In this document: positions 38,185-52,119 of the stretch, piece by piece | Layout of the letters: the number at the start of each line of letters is the position of its first letter | How positions within the stretch are numbered: position 1 is the first letter of the stretch | NCBI GenBank assembly: GCA_002633005.1 | Contig: NMRA01000978.1 | Coordinates: 11,819-75,818, forward strand | Origin: Phoronis australis | Taxonomy: Eukaryota; Animalia; Phoronida | Reading direction: 5' to 3' | DNA: 64,000 nt | Translations under genes and position numbers: made by a program | The notes under the pieces: generated by a model | The model's database searches: none | What the model saw: only the letters and a program-made list of their open reading frames with translations | Told to the model about the DNA's origin: nothing

Positions 38185-38942
38185 CACTTATAATTTTTCA
38201 AAGGCTGAAACGGTGAACAAGGAAAAGGGGTAAGGACGTACACTCACAAACTCATTCACACACTTCATCATTTAATAATAGTACCACTAAACAATATATG
38301 AATTGAATATCTTACAGATCTGACAGATTCATTGCATGACAGCACTGAGGCTCTCCCACATTTTAATATCAATGTTGTCCGGTTCTTTTTGTTTTTGAAA
38401 ATTAAACATTGTAATTTTAATATAGTTTGATATGAATAACTTAAGAGCAGACCAATCTGGATGCAACTGCTGTTGGCTACGTAAATAAATAAAATATTGG
38501 GAGATATTGATAACATAATTAATCAACAGGGAGAATTCAGAACTTAAATGGCAAAACATGTACTCATTCTTGGTTATTCTGACGTCTTCCTTAAGGGAAG
38601 ATGTCAAAATATCCTGAACATACAATCTTTGCACTACACCACAAAGGAAAAACATGCATGTGTTCAGTATTCTGTACTAGATTACAATAGGGACATTTAT
38701 CTGAATTAACGAAGAGTTACTTTACACTATGTTATGTAACAATGAATACTTAAAAGTTTTTTTTTAATGCATGGTTTGAGGGTAAGTTTAAAATGCAAAT
38801 AGAGTTCTATCGCCGTGTTATCCGGGACCACTCTGTTAGGGACGAGGGCTTCTGGATGATATCATTATAGCCAGTTGAAAGATTTCGATGATTACAATGC
38901 GCCGGCACCATTCGATTTTTGGGCGGATTTGATAATTACAAN

Positions 38943-41900
38943 CAACTGGCCCAAAGGAGATGTCGGCCATGGCATAGTTTTTCGGTGAATTATGCATCAC
39001 ATTTATTAAACCATCGAAGTCATGTTGCTATAAGCTTAGAGGTTCTTTTTGTGCACTAGAGGAATGCCTTATGCGGCCGTAAGAGTCTCTATTTGTTCCC
39101 AGCTTGAACACATATTCCTGAAATCATGCCTTTCAACCAATTCGCCGTTGCCCAAATCGACCATTAGCCATTTTTACTCTGCTTTTGCCAGAGGATACCT
39201 TCTTAGCGTCATACTGCCTTTGTCATTTTAAGCACGTTACATCGAGATTTTTCGAAAAGGTAAATGGAGAAAATGGTTGCAATGAAGTGCGAAATTAACG
39301 TGCCCAAATGCCCGTCATTCCCCGCCTATTCCTGGGAAAGGGGGAACCTCTTGTGAATTGTTTGTAAACATTAATTACTTAAGTGGCTGCTGTGTTAACT
39401 AATTTGAAGTTCCTAAGTGGCCGGCGTTCTCGTCGTAATCTGGGAAGCCCCTGACCATTTTGTCAAAGGTTCTGCAAATATATTGTCTATGGTATGATCA
39501 TCTGATNATATGAAGCATGAAGGGCTCTATAATGGTATTTGCCCAAATAATAGGATTTATGTCAGAGTGCCATAAATCTCATTACTTAAGTGGCTGCTGT
39601 GTTAACTAAATTGAAGTTCCTAAGTGGCCGGCGTCCCCGTCGTAATCTGGGAAGCCCCTGACCATTTTGTCAAAGGTTCTGCAAATATATTGACTATGGT
39701 ATGATCATCTGATAAAAAAGAAATAAATTTCAATCACTGCACTGGTACACCACCTGACTTACTTTCAATTGCGTCACCTAATCTAATTGTCTGAAAATAT
39801 GCATGCATGCCAACACACTGGTAGTATAAATTTAATGTTAAATTAGTGTTAGCAGTTCGCATTTTGTAAGCTGGACTTGCATCGCCCAGCTGAGTCCGGA
39901 GTCCGGAATATGCAAATGGTATTCGAGGATAAAGACCTTCTGGCTGAAGAAGCCAAGTACTACAGGCCAGGCTATGGAAATACAAAGACAGAGATCCGGA
40001 GGAGTGGAGAATCTTTAGTTTCAATGATGTTTTTCTACAGTTTTGTTTTAATCAAAACTTCTAACACATGGAGATGCCTTGCCTTTCACAACTAAAGCAA
40101 GACTTTGAAGCTATGGTTTAGAAAGCTGGTGTGCATGAAGTTATTTGGTCTGGCAATCATAAGAAACGACTGTTGAGGCTACCCACAGCTGCAGTTTGTG
40201 CCCAGCTAAGAGATACGACAAAGTAAATTGTGGCTGGTGTTCAATGATTCACTTGCTGTAAAACCAATTAACACATCCCGTTATAACATATTTTGAATCA
40301 AATATGTGCCCAAATCTTACCTGCTTCCAAACAAGGACTCGGTGTTTGACCCTTCATTGCATGCGAGCCAATTACCAGTGTGTATAGTATTTTTGCCTCT
40401 CCAATCAGCAAAAGTTAGCTCTTTGTGGAGCCGTTCAAATGAATGACGATGCCCACAGTTTCATTTACAGAACTCAACAATGTACGCTGGAGGTGCAAAA
40501 TGAACATGTGTGTGGGGAAACTGAGTTTGTGCTGCAGTGCAGGGTCAAACTGAACAGAAATGTGCAGTTATGATAACCCTAGTAAAACCAGAAACGTTGA
40601 TTGTATAGCTTTGGACAATGAAGATGATACATTTTAAGTTAGCCGTAAATAGACCCCCAGCTTCTCTAAACCCGTTATTTCGTGATATGATTGTGTTAAA
40701 TAGTGTGATATGTGAATTTTATATGGTGATTTAATCATAGCAAGTACATAATTTGATAATTGTCTTGTATTTGTCTTAGACTACTTGCCAGGCACTGTCA
40801 GAATAACCTATTTTCATACAGTTGATGTGAACATTCACAGAGATCATTCAGCTTTGTTATTTTTTGTTCAAAATATTTCTGTTTTTTTATGCAAACAAAT
40901 TGTCAATGGTGCAGTCATCGACACATATATTTTAACCACTCTTTAGTGTAATGTGTATTTTGCTTTTCAGACAATATGAGAATAACCTCCTAGTAACATT
41001 CAGAATTAGTTCATATTTTTCTGCTTCTAGGTGACACTTTACATTTTTTAAACTTCACTGTTTGCAACTCCTCTACAAAAATGAAAATTTAATGTGAGTG
41101 TACTATTGTTAAATACAATAATATTGATTACTTGTTTTACAAAATGTAGGAAGAGTGTTATTTTTTACAACTATAAGTTCACTAAGGTCTTTGGTAACAA
41201 TTACATAACTTTAAACCCAAATTTCTCCAAAATGTGCAAATTTATATGCGGGAACTTTTTAAATTTTGAAAACACACTCACCTAGTAAATGAATTTAAAA
41301 AGACCAAAATAAAATTGGCTCCCTAAAGTACTCACAAAAAGTATTTTCTAGAGGTCCTACAAAACTAGGCCCACTGCTTAACAGGGCCCGGTCTCCAATC
41401 TCCGTACTCAGACTCATACTCATACTCGAGATTTCATACTCAAAATCGTGCTCACTGGAGTCGTACTCAAAAAAGCGTATCTAATGTCGTATTTCGAGTA
41501 GACTCCAAACGTACTCAAATCTGACACTCATACTCGAGTTGCTATGGAACTCTTTATGATGTGAAATGCAAAATCACGCAAAGACGCGCTGATTCACCGC
41601 TCCCTATTGGAATAGACAACCCCAGGAACTAGGCCTACATTATCGTCTGCTGTCGCTANNNNNNNNNNNNNNNNNNNNNNNNNNNNNNNNNNNNNNNNNN
41701 NNNNNNNNNNNNNNNNNNNNNNNNNNNNNNNNNNNNNNNNNNNNNNNNNNNNNNNNNNNNNNNNNNNNNNNNNNNNNNNNNNNNNNNNNNNNNNNNNNNN
41801 NNNNNNNNNNNNNNNNNNNNNNNNNNNNNNNNNNNNNNNNNNNNNNNNNNNNNNNNNNNNNNNNNNNNNNNNNNNNNNNNNNNNNNNNNNNNNNNNNNNN

Positions 41901-42511
41901 NNNNNNNNNNNNNNNNNNNNNNNNNNNNNNNNNNNNNNNNNNNNNNNNNNNNNNNNNNNNNNNNNNNNNNNNNNNNNNNNNNNNNNNNNNNNNNNNNNNN
42001 NNNNNNNNNNNNNNNNNNNNNNNNNNNNNNNNNNNNNNNNNNNNNNNNNNNNNNNNNNNNNNNNNNNNNNNNNATATTGATAACATAATTAATCAACAGG
42101 GAGAATTCAGAACTTAAATGGCAAAACATGTACTCATTCTTGGTTATTCTGACGTCTTCCTTAAGGGAAGATGTCAAAATATCCTGAACATACAATCTTT
42201 GCACTACACCACAAAGGAAAAACATGCATGTGTTCAGTATTCTGTACTAGATTACAATAGGGACATTTATCTGAATTAACGAAGAGTTACTTTACACTAT
42301 GTTATGTAACAATGAATACTTAAAAGTTTTTTTTTAATGCATGGTTTGAGGGTAAGTTTAAAATGCAAATAGAGTTCTATCGCCGTGTTATCCGGGACCA
42401 CTCTGTTAGGGACGAGGGCTTCTGGATGATATCAATATAGCCAGTTGAAAGATTTCGATGATTACAATGCGCCGGCACCATTCGATTTTTGGGCGGATTT
42501 GATAATTACAA
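38943..42511 (+). repeat. Second (probably allelic) copy of 35962-38941, with an extra insertion and a gap
   Basis: collinear and highly similar; begins exactly at the n at 38942; 42074-42511 matches 38504-38941. Confidence 0.9.
41659..42073. other. Assembly gap
   Basis: run of N. Confidence 1.
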
Positions 42512-42904
42512 CACCTCCTAGTGGTCATTCTGGGTAAGAGGTTTTCCAGACGATATCAAGAGATTCGATTGACGGATTTCAACATAGAGGTACATGGCGT
42601 CAGTGCGCCAGCACCATAATTTTTGGGGCCGATCCATCTACCTCAGAACCTCTTGGTGGCTACACTGTTCACAAAAAGGGACGTTTGATATTTTTGGGAG
42701 GAAGCGATTATCCAGCGGATATTTAGACAACGAACCAGCCGATTGCAATGGAACTTAACGCAGAGGTGTAGAATGACACCTTGCTGGTATTGTATGATTT
42801 TCGGTCGGATTTGATTTCTACAGCACGTCCTGGTAATCCCTAGAAGCATATCATTCGTGATGCACCGCGGGCGCATGTCAACTTTTCAGCGTTGATCTTG
42901 TTTT
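42380..42904 (+). mobile_element. 3' fragment of a HINE-like element
   Basis: cctcctagtgg unit motif; end GCGGGCGCAT-TCAAC..GTTGA-TCTTGTTTT resembles 7112 and 22174. Confidence 0.55.
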
Positions 42905-45788
42905 ATGAAACAAAATAACTGTTCAACAAAAGTGCGTTTCCTGGCTATTGCAAGTGAGAAAGTAAAATGTTTTGCTGACCTACCTACCCATGAAAGGGAG
43001 TCACAGCAGTACAAGAAAAAGCAAAAAATATTTTATGAACGGCTTAAACTTATGTCTTGCTTAAAAGTGCACAATTCAAGTGGACATGAACGCTGCGACT
43101 AATGACGTGAAGTCATTAAAACGGTCATTCTCGTCTGGAACTATGGGATATTTTTGAATGTAGTAACTACAATAAGTAGGGTAGCAGTTTGCCAATGCCG
43201 CACCATGCTAAGATTACTGAAGTTTAATCAGCACTTGAGTGTACGAACTAGGTACCCGTGCTCATCTGCTTAGAACGCTCCTGAGGATGACCGGAGAAAT
43301 TACCGAAACACCATGCGAATGCAAATAGGTTAGATTTTAATATAAAAATGAAGAGATTTTACACATGGTGAGAGTTAATTAAAGATGGCCAATATTTTCA
43401 TGGTGAACAAGTACAGTAAGAGGTTTCATGTAAAATAGTTTGGACCAAAGTCGTGTTTTTGTTTGTATATATGCGTTGTAGGTACATATGTATGCATACA
43501 TGTTTATAGCCACCTATCAGAACACCGCATGCGGTCTTGAGGTAACTATGTTCGTGATCGGTGTTCATTACACTAATAAATTGCTTTGCTTCAGGTGATG
43601 GCCAACCGCACACAACCGCGTTTGAGCATATCGACAGGTGTGAATGCGGTAATTGTCCTTGCAACTAGCCTGCTGAATCCACCGAAACCCTGCGGCTAAG
43701 ACAATTGAACGACGACCAACTGGACCGATATAGGACTTCCATTTTGAATTATTCAATTAGCATAGCCAAAAAACGGTGCAAGAACTGTTAAATGTAGATC
43801 CTGTAGTATAATTGTAGAAACATGGCACACTCAGAGCTTAGGAACAGCAAAGGTCCTCGTGCCAAGCATAAAGCACATCACTGACGTCAACTATAGAATA
43901 CTCCAAGGTGTGTCAGGACTTTTTTGTAGCGGGCGCTACTGTCCTGCATTCTGTGCGCCACAAGTGAGAACAACTGTGGTAGAAACGTCATGTATCCAAG
44001 CTATGCCTTAACGTAGTAAGGACGTCAACAACTGCTACATTAAAGAAACTTAAATTCTTTGAATATTACATGTGTGAAGAGGTTGCTTGTATAGCACTTC
44101 CTAACTTGACTGGGATCAAAAACTCTAACTCTAATGAAATGCGACCACTTTATAGTTGGACTCCCGTCTCTTTGAAAATCGGTGGTATAATTTGGAGATA
44201 AGGATATCTCAAGCCTTACTAGCAACAACTGTCCATTCTTACAATATTTCTCATATGTCTAGTAAAAATATCTTATCTTTATTTTCGGGGAACTTAAAAT
44301 ACCCAATGTATAACATGCATCAAGAAAAAAACAGAATTGGCAGAACCACCTTGGAAACCCACAACTCCGTGGAAATTTGTTTACTACTTATCCGAGGTCA
44401 AAGGTTACGGCGCTGTCACCCGGCAAATATTGAATCTCGAGGCACAGACCGGCTCCGTATGTACCCACAGTCCTTTCATTTATCGACTCGACATGATAAT
44501 GCGTCAACGACATGTACATATGATAGTAATATTCTTGGGAAAAAGAAGACAAAACGTAGAGTTGTGTGTATGCATGCATACGACCGTTGAGAAAGAATTC
44601 TACAAGTCAATCGCCCTCGCAAACTTGTGTGATTTTGTGTTCACGCTCACAGCAAGTTGTGAAAAGAGATAAATCCTAACTCAAATTTCTTAATTCGGGT
44701 AATTTGATATTTCGCTGTTTCGATCTCATGCTCACGACGTGCTTTAAATTCCGACCCGACTTCTGCATTAATTTCTTACTTGGTTTTCAAATCACAGTCT
44801 CTTAGCTCATGGTGTGTCTAACGATGAACTTTTGACCTACTTAGAATGGACCACAATGCACCAGCTTAACCCATTTAATACGCTGACTCCGCCTGTGAGC
44901 AGATTGAATTTGTTTAAATTAAACGTTTTTGTGGTAAGTAAGTTAATTATGTCCTGCAAATTCTGATGACATTGGGCGTAAATTTTGAAATAATGAACGT
45001 GGCTAAGGGGTGCGTGAATAAGTTATACTTGTATTGACTAAAGTCAAGTTTTCACCGAATAAATTAACCGAAGTCCTTGAGATTTTCATGTCTCAACACA
45101 TAATCGGCTTTTTCTCTGCTTCGACACGCGTTCTTCAAAATGGCTCTGTGGATTTCACTAAAACTTTCTAAACTTATCAATTTCAAAATTTTGCTAAATG
45201 TAACAAAGACGAATACGACTACGTATTTTTTTACAAATTATATTACGTTTTGTGAGTTTATTTGACCTAGAAATCAAACGAAAAGGCTAATTGACAATTT
45301 GTAACAACGCTTTTGAGGTAACTAGCGGAAGTTTTCTTTTAAATGTTTCATTAAACTTGACCGAGGATTATTTTGCTGTGAATGTACCTTTTTAAACATG
45401 GAATTTTCACTTAAAATGTATAAACATAATAATAATAATTACCCGTTAAATTTGACAATATGCACTGTATGTTCAATAAATAAGGTTTGAGATAACCTTA
45501 AGGCAGATTCTACAACCCTTCGAAATTTTAGATGTATGTTACGCTGAGCAATCTCTCGGAACTGAATTCTCTTTAAGCCAAGAAAAAATACATGTATATC
45601 GCAGAGAAATCGAGGTGTCTTTTAGAATAGTCTTTCTGGGCATGTCGGTGCCGACAGAGTGCAGGTTACTGAAACACAGCGGTGTTAAAGATGCACTGTA
45701 GCAATCAATAAAAGCATTTAAAGCAAATGAATTGTTTTGTTTTTTGGGAGGGAAAGAAAGTGGGAGGCAGGGATGGAGTAAGGGAGGG

Positions 45789-45793
<5 letters not shown>

Positions 45794-45823
<30 letters not shown>
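45794..45823. repeat. (GA)n microsatellite within a purine-rich/CA-rich tract
   Basis: directly visible. Confidence 0.97.
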
Positions 45824-45827
<4 letters not shown>

Positions 45828-45959
45828 GTGGAGAGAGAGCGAGATAGTAGTGGGAAAGAGAGAGGGAGATATACATACACGTACACACTCACACACACAC
45901 GCGAGCGCGCGCGCTCACGCGCACACATATATATGCAGAACTGATTAAACACAAGATAC

Positions 45960-46100
45960 TTTTCGTTATTGACATTGATGAAGAAACTGACCAAGAGACA
46001 TTATTAAAGCGTACACAATATTTCGAAACATACTGGTTCCATTTTCAAGTGGAAATAAAATGACGCAGTAATGCCACCACAGAGCATAAGCTGGAGACAT
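45960..46100 (-). mobile_element. Penelope-like pLTR/3' fragment
   Basis: inverted homolog of 50915-51035. Confidence 0.7.
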
Positions 46101-47119
46101 GCAAGGTGAGACACGGCAGGTGTGAAATGCTGCAAAGAATGATAAGTGAACGGGGAGGGAAAGATATTTTCAACACTTCAAAATGGCAAAGAAAACGGAA
46201 AAGCATTCAGTGTTTGATCTAGAATATTATGAGGAGTACCAACCTTTAATTCTGTGGTGTCTGTGAACAAACACCCACACACACTGAAGTGCACACCCAT
46301 AATTTACCGCAACATAATAAGTCTTTTTCCTTGCCGTTGGCCAAAGGTATGGAGTTGCAGGTCCCCTGGCGGGCCCCTTTAAATCTGCCACTTAGGCCAA
46401 AAGACGTGGAACTCAGTCAGAAGAATCAGATGTGACGCCGTAACGCCTACAACGATTACGGTATGCTGGGAGACACGTACAGATACATGTATGACTTTGA
46501 GCACGTGTTGTCGTAAAACTGAACGTTGAAAACAGTTTATTCTCGCACTGAAATTGCGTAGGTGGTAACCACAGTGGTAACTTTCAGATGCACGGTTGAG
46601 CATACAGATATTGTGCACGCCTGCAATCTTTAAGATTGTTAAGCCTGGGTCTGATCAGGTCTTATGTTAAACGTGATTCATGGATATAAAGGTATAAAGG
46701 AATAAATTACACTGCCAGTCCCCCAACTGTTTAATCAAAATTCACTAAATAACTTAAACTTTTTGACACCGACTGGGATCTAAATTCTCCCGCTTTATTA
46801 GCGGAAGTCACTGGCTTTGTTGCTCATCAATTGATATTCAAAAAGTTTGCCTGTTTTCGTAAAGCATTGGTAGACCTCACCTCACATGAGTGGAAATTTG
46901 AAGGGATTGTGGTAGCAAAAAGTGTTAAAACGCTGTTATACCAAGACATGGGGACTACGTGGCGCTGAGTGTACGTTGTCGCGGTCTGGCCGGTTAAAGA
47001 ATTTCAATATGGCGTAGCAATTTTGGAGGTCAGCTTTTGCCGGAATACATGTAGGATTGATTGGCTGTGCGCTGTATGCTTTAAATTACAAAAGACGTGG
47101 AGTTAAAGTAAGGAATAAA

Positions 47120-47125
47120 TTTATT
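47120..47125 (-). terminator. Polyadenylation signal AATAAA of the Cys-rich gene
   Basis: first canonical AATAAA downstream of the stop codon at 47183. Confidence 0.55.
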
Positions 47126-47182
47126 ATCCGTAATCAAACTACAGTTCCATAGTTGTAGTCACACTTATATTTCCTGTTGGGT

Positions 47183-47252
47183 TCAGTCTAATTTTGGCAA
47201 CTTTTTTCCATCTAGCCAGAAGTCGTAGCCGCATCCTCCACAATAGTTGGGT
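47183..47252 (-). CDS. Terminal exon 4 of the secreted cysteine-rich protein gene
   Basis: acceptor ttttattgctgtttcag|; reads PNYCGGCGYDFWLDGKKLPKLD*; AATAAA about 58 nt after the stop. Confidence 0.9.
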
Positions 47253-47779
47253 CTGAAACAGCAATAAAATGAACATTCTCTGATGGAGTGACACCGGGCG
47301 TGCGTTCAGTAACGCTAGGAGCTATGCTAGGACCAAGCTAAAATGTAGGCAAAGTCACGTGTTCTCATATGAAATACAAGGCAATGTCTCCCGTAATCTC
47401 GCGAAGTATTGTTTTTCAGCGGGGTCCTAGCGCTACTGAACGGGAGGCGGGTTTACTGCATCTCTTTCAGCTTTTAATTTTAAAGGTCTGCATTGCTACT
47501 CACTTTAACAGCACTGGTGAAGTAATTCCCTGATTGCGCCACACTGTGGACAATACCTCCACGGAGAGGTGATCTATCATTTCCGTCTAACAATGCCGTA
47601 CACGTTATTGCATATGCTGATTAAGACCAGCATGTCCTAAATTCGCTTTTTGTCAAGGAACTTTTAAGCAACAGAGCTTAAGCCCTTCACACCGTGGTCA
47701 TCAATGAATTCGTTTACTAAACACTTTGGATGTGATATCTTTGAGAGTTTTTTTCATATTGTGTACATGTACAAGTAAT

Positions 47780-48300
47780 CAATTTACAAACTTTCAAAAC
47801 AAAAATTTAAAAACATTACTGTCGCCCCAATGTGTTGATGATGGCATCATTATCTAAAGAAGCATAACATCAGCAGCCTGGGGCGATATAATTAACCACA
47901 ACAGTATGGTGTCTTTGGTCTGAACAGGTAAATTATTTGGTGCGCAAACATGTCAAGTTGCCCAATCTCGATATGCTAGGGTGTCAACGTAGGATTCTTT
48001 TCATGGCCAAAACGAAGCGTCCAGCCCTAAGTAATAGGAGCATAACTTTCTTTTCTGATGGATACAAAATAGAAAAAAATCTACATTTTCATCTATCCAT
48101 ATCCAATTATGAACGAACGTTCCCGATTTTCCACTTTAAAAGATGTCCTTAAGATTCTGCGGCCCACACTTGCACACGTGTTTCCAAATTTAGCATTCCG
48201 ACCACCGATGTTTCATACAGGCTGTAATGCACATTTTTAGCTTTCCATATCACCATTAGCTTAAAATCCAGGTCGCGTTCTTTATACCCGAAATGGAACA
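47780..48300 (-). mobile_element. Very decayed CR1/L2-type LINE 3' remnant (in intron 3)
   Basis: KERDL; LYETSV...LETRVQVWA resembles the CR1 motif LYKSLVRPHLEY..QVW. Confidence 0.4.
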
Positions 48301-48542
48301 TAAAAATCTTCTATGTCATTTCCGTCTCACTTAGGAACTGAAGATGGCTACTTAAGTGCTCAAATATATGATGGTTTACGCTGTCGAATACTTCACAAGT
48401 TCACACTTATGCCACCAAGATTCGAGAAACAAACTCGATTAAAAACTCTTGATTTCTGATTCAGGCAGGAATGTAAAGATTTAACGCTGGGTTCATCAAG
48501 TGCAAACTAAGATTAGACAGCCATCAACACAGGGTGAGAGCC

Positions 48543-49148
48543 AGCCTCATCCCCAAGCCTCAAGATGGCGCTGAGCCGTTTAGCCATTTCACGCCTGGTG
48601 AGGTGAGGAGATGCAGATGTATCCCGTCTGTGCGCTGATTTGCCGTAGACGACGTTCACTGCTGACAAGAGCGATTAGGTACAACAAATCTTGAGTCTGT
48701 GAATACTTATATACTAATTCTTATGTCTTTGGATGAGATAAATTTGGGTATTTTCCAGAAAATGAACGAGATCCAAACTATTTGCACAGGCGTTGCTGTT
48801 GTGACCATTCGTGGTTCGGAAACAGAAGACTCCGTTTTCGTTACTGCTTGAAATAAAAGATTGTCTCGTGCTTATTGTCAAGTCTGCTTCATTGAAAGCA
48901 CCAATCATGCCTTGAATTCAGATACATCAAAGTTTCACAGATCTAAACCAAAATTGTTAATACCCCTCATTTTGATTTTGTATATTGTACTAGCATGAAA
49001 GTTTAGAGGGGATAAAAGTTAATACAACGCGTGATATTCCGTTGATTTCTGTAAAAATATGTCAGGATTTTGCCCAGAAAATTTCACCTCGCCAAGCCTC
49101 TAATGGCTAAAGCGATCAGGCCATCTGGAGGCTTAGGGACAAGGATGG
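48543..49148. mobile_element. About 600-bp MITE with ~65-bp imperfect TIRs (in intron 3)
   Basis: cagcctcatccccaagcctc..tttagccatt..gaggtga versus tcacctc..aatggctaaa..gaggcttagggacaaggatg. Confidence 0.65.
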
Positions 49149-49686
49149 ACGTGAGCCAGGTGTACGGTTGGAATTTTTGTCGCATTCAAATGAGAGTGGC
49201 TAGTGACTTAAAAAGACTTATCGTTAGTGAAATCTTATGAAGTAGCTCTGCCCGTTGTAGATCAAGTACGTTGTGCTCTAAAAGTGACCAAATATACTTT
49301 CTAATAGAACAAGGTATCCGCGTTTCGCTGTCAATCGTTCACAAGCATTCTATTTTTGCATGTATATATAACGTACACATGCTGTCACATGAAATATGTC
49401 GAGCATTGAATTGAACGAACTTATTTATCAATGTAGGCCTATACGATAACGACGTACACTGCACGGTGACTGACGGATATTGTAACGACTTGTGATTGCG
49501 TTTGCCTTGAAACGTGTTCAACTAGAAAGAAGTAATATGCGTTGGTTTACGTTTAGCAATTCGAAACTGCAACATGCATGCTATTTTTAACACGATCAAG
49601 AGAATATTTATCAATACGATATGACAACACGCATGCTATTTTAACAAGATCAACAGCAGGACAAAGGAAATATCCTCTATACTTAC

Positions 49687-49839
49687 ACACAATGAGCTGA
49701 AGAGCAAGGATGCGTTTTTCCAATGCAAGGGTTCACTAGACATGTGGCAGCCACTTCACCTGTACATGTCGGACAGCCATTTTCAACTAATTGCCCGTGC
49801 AACACGAAATAGTGGTTGCAACCAGTGCAATAATCCGCC
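49687..49839 (-). CDS. Exon 3 of the secreted cysteine-rich protein gene
   Basis: acceptor ggaattttcag|, donor GT|GTAAGT; 153-nt symmetric phase-2 exon reading ADYCTGCNHYFVLHGQLVENGCPTCTGEVAATCLVNPCIGKTHPCSSAHC(V). Confidence 0.9.
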
Positions 49840-50468
49840 CTGAAAATTCCGTAGAAATGCAAAGTAACAGTTCATATTCCGAGCACGTACGTATTTCCGA
49901 AAAATCTATGCTCTAGGGTGTGGTTCATACAAGTATAAACCTAGACTATTCTGCCTATTCTGCCCTCACGCACTCATTTGAAAAAGGTATCTACGAACAA
50001 ATTCCTCCCAATTTTGACTCATTATAATTTTTGAATGTTTATTATGAAATAGTCAGTACAATAAATATACAGACCCAGAAAGCGTCAAGGGCATTGTATC
50101 TGGGCTAAGCAGTACACTAAAAAGAAAAGTATAGGGGCCTACACAATTATTCATAAATTGCTAACTGATGCTATAATAATACAACGCCATGCTTTAAATA
50201 TGAATATGAATACCAAAATAAATGAATCATTTCCATACACAATAAGTTATTTCACAGTCAAAATGGTGATTCGAAAATAAGCACATGTATACGATGTTAC
50301 CGACGAACACAAAGAAATTTAATATTAAAGGAAATTTTGAAACTGTTTCGAATAAAATCTTATGTTAATTTACGTGAAGTTATTTACATCCATTTAGAAA
50401 AAAAAATAATTCGTTTATACATTTGAGGAAGATCAAAATATTTTTGTAAAGGTTAGGGGTACTCCAAC

Positions 50469-51130
50469 TTGGTCATGAAAAATAACATGTCTAAAGCGAA
50501 AGTCCACCCCGTTGCACAGTGTAGTGTTGTTTATGAATGTGTATGCCCTATGAACGAATGTCTTCGTTCAAACGTCAGACAATGTTACATTGGTCAAACG
50601 GTTTGCAGTCTTTCCCGTCGGTTATCCATGCATCTTCAATATGGCGCCATTCAAGATCATTTACTGCAATACCACGCACGTAAAATCACCCGTCAAGAAA
50701 TTGTGGAAAACACGTCAATTCGCTACGTGGAGCAAGATGTGCTGCGTTTGAAAGTATTAGAGTCACTTTTAATTGCTTTTGAGAAGCCTGTTTTGAATGA
50801 GCAGCAAACAGGGTCGCGCCGCACGTCGCACTTGTTTGCATGACTTTCCTGTTACCCCAATTCATTAGTCATTTTTTGCAGTATTTCACACCCGCCGTGT
50901 CTCACTGTGTGTGTCGTCAGCTTATACTCTGTGGTGGCATTACTGCGTCATTTTATCTTCACTTGAGAATGAAACAAGTATGTTTCGAAATATCGTGTGT
51001 CTTTTAATTATGTCGCTAGGTCAGTTACTGTATCAGTTGAGAGCAGAGCTTTGTTCAGAAAGTATGAACGCAACGGAATAAAGACCGTGAACAATGAAAA
51101 GTGTCGTGCATTTAACAAATTCTGTATTAG
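50469..51130 (+). mobile_element. 5'-truncated Penelope-like element: open GIY-YIG ORF (50469-50843) plus 3' pLTR (in intron 2, antisense)
   Basis: VVYECVCP..C....CYIGQT..LSRRLSMH..GAIQDH...LESLLI..KPVLNEQ. Confidence 0.85.
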
Positions 51131-52004
51131 AGGATCTCAAATAATCAATTGACGCCAGGCTAAGACTGACTTGCTGACGACATCTGAGCTCAAGAAACTG
51201 AGAAAGGCTATTGCTTTCAGAATGCAAAAAGGTAGGCTGCAAGGACAATACCATTTTCTGACGATTCAACTAAGTCACAATTTACATCGCCCGTAGCAGT
51301 GTGATGCATGATATGGAGACTTCAATCTATCTCAATACGCACTGTATATTAAATAATATATTTTGAGAAACATTGAACTCTGTAACGACATGCCACAGAG
51401 TTTCACTTCATGTTTAATCTTAATAAGGCCACATCTGGTCTCCAAATTTAAGACCGGTCTGTATTTCCCTTGAGTTTATTTTCAATCTAACATCCCCTGT
51501 AATATCACTATTTAAACACGTGTTGCAAATGTTACAAAGGACAGAATTCCATCTTAGTCAAAATGAATAGCTTCTGTGTGACGTCTCATTTTATTTCACT
51601 TGTTGGAATTCATGGTGTGCGCTGACAAGTCCCAAATCGATGAGTGAACAAGGTACGACGGCCAACAGATTTCGAAGCAGCAAAACTTTAGATCGGGATT
51701 GCTGTACACATTTATTTCCAAAATTACAGTCTAATTCGTTCGAAGATTGAGATCGATATGTCTTGTTTACATTTGAGACACGTTCCCTTTACCTGGAAAT
51801 GAAACTATGCTCAAGAACAGAGCAACAACCAATTTTCGAAAATTATCGAAGGTTATCCTATTGCAATTGGCTAAACCATGTTGTTAAGGAAAATTGCCCC
51901 TCTTAACTAAAGAGGCGTTGCTTCGTTTGTCAGACTCCTCTAAAAAGAGTTAGTATACAATAAGATAATGTCGATAAAATAGATTCTTCATCTAATGTAC
52001 TTAC

Positions 52005-52119
52005 ACACACTTTGCACCAGGACAAGGAGATTCCTGTCCATGACACGTAGACACTATGTTCATACACGGCCAGGTGCAGCGCTTACAGGTCGTCTCCGCC
52101 GCCACAACACTGAGCAGGC
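52005..52119 (-). CDS. Exon 2 of the secreted cysteine-rich protein gene
   Basis: acceptor attatttccag|, donor GT|GTAAGT; reads (G)LLSVVAAETTCKRCTWPCMNIVSTCHGQESPCPGAKC(V); phase 1 to phase 2. Confidence 0.88.

Noticed and set aside
41640-42225. Long ORFs with X runs (also 9911-10228)
   Set aside because: They span assembly gaps
43818-43963. Possible + strand exon ending FCSGRYCPAFCAPQ|gtgaga
   Set aside because: No partner exons or recognisable domain found
45539-45994. ORFs with SL/ER repeats
   Set aside because: Products of (GA)n and (CA)n microsatellites
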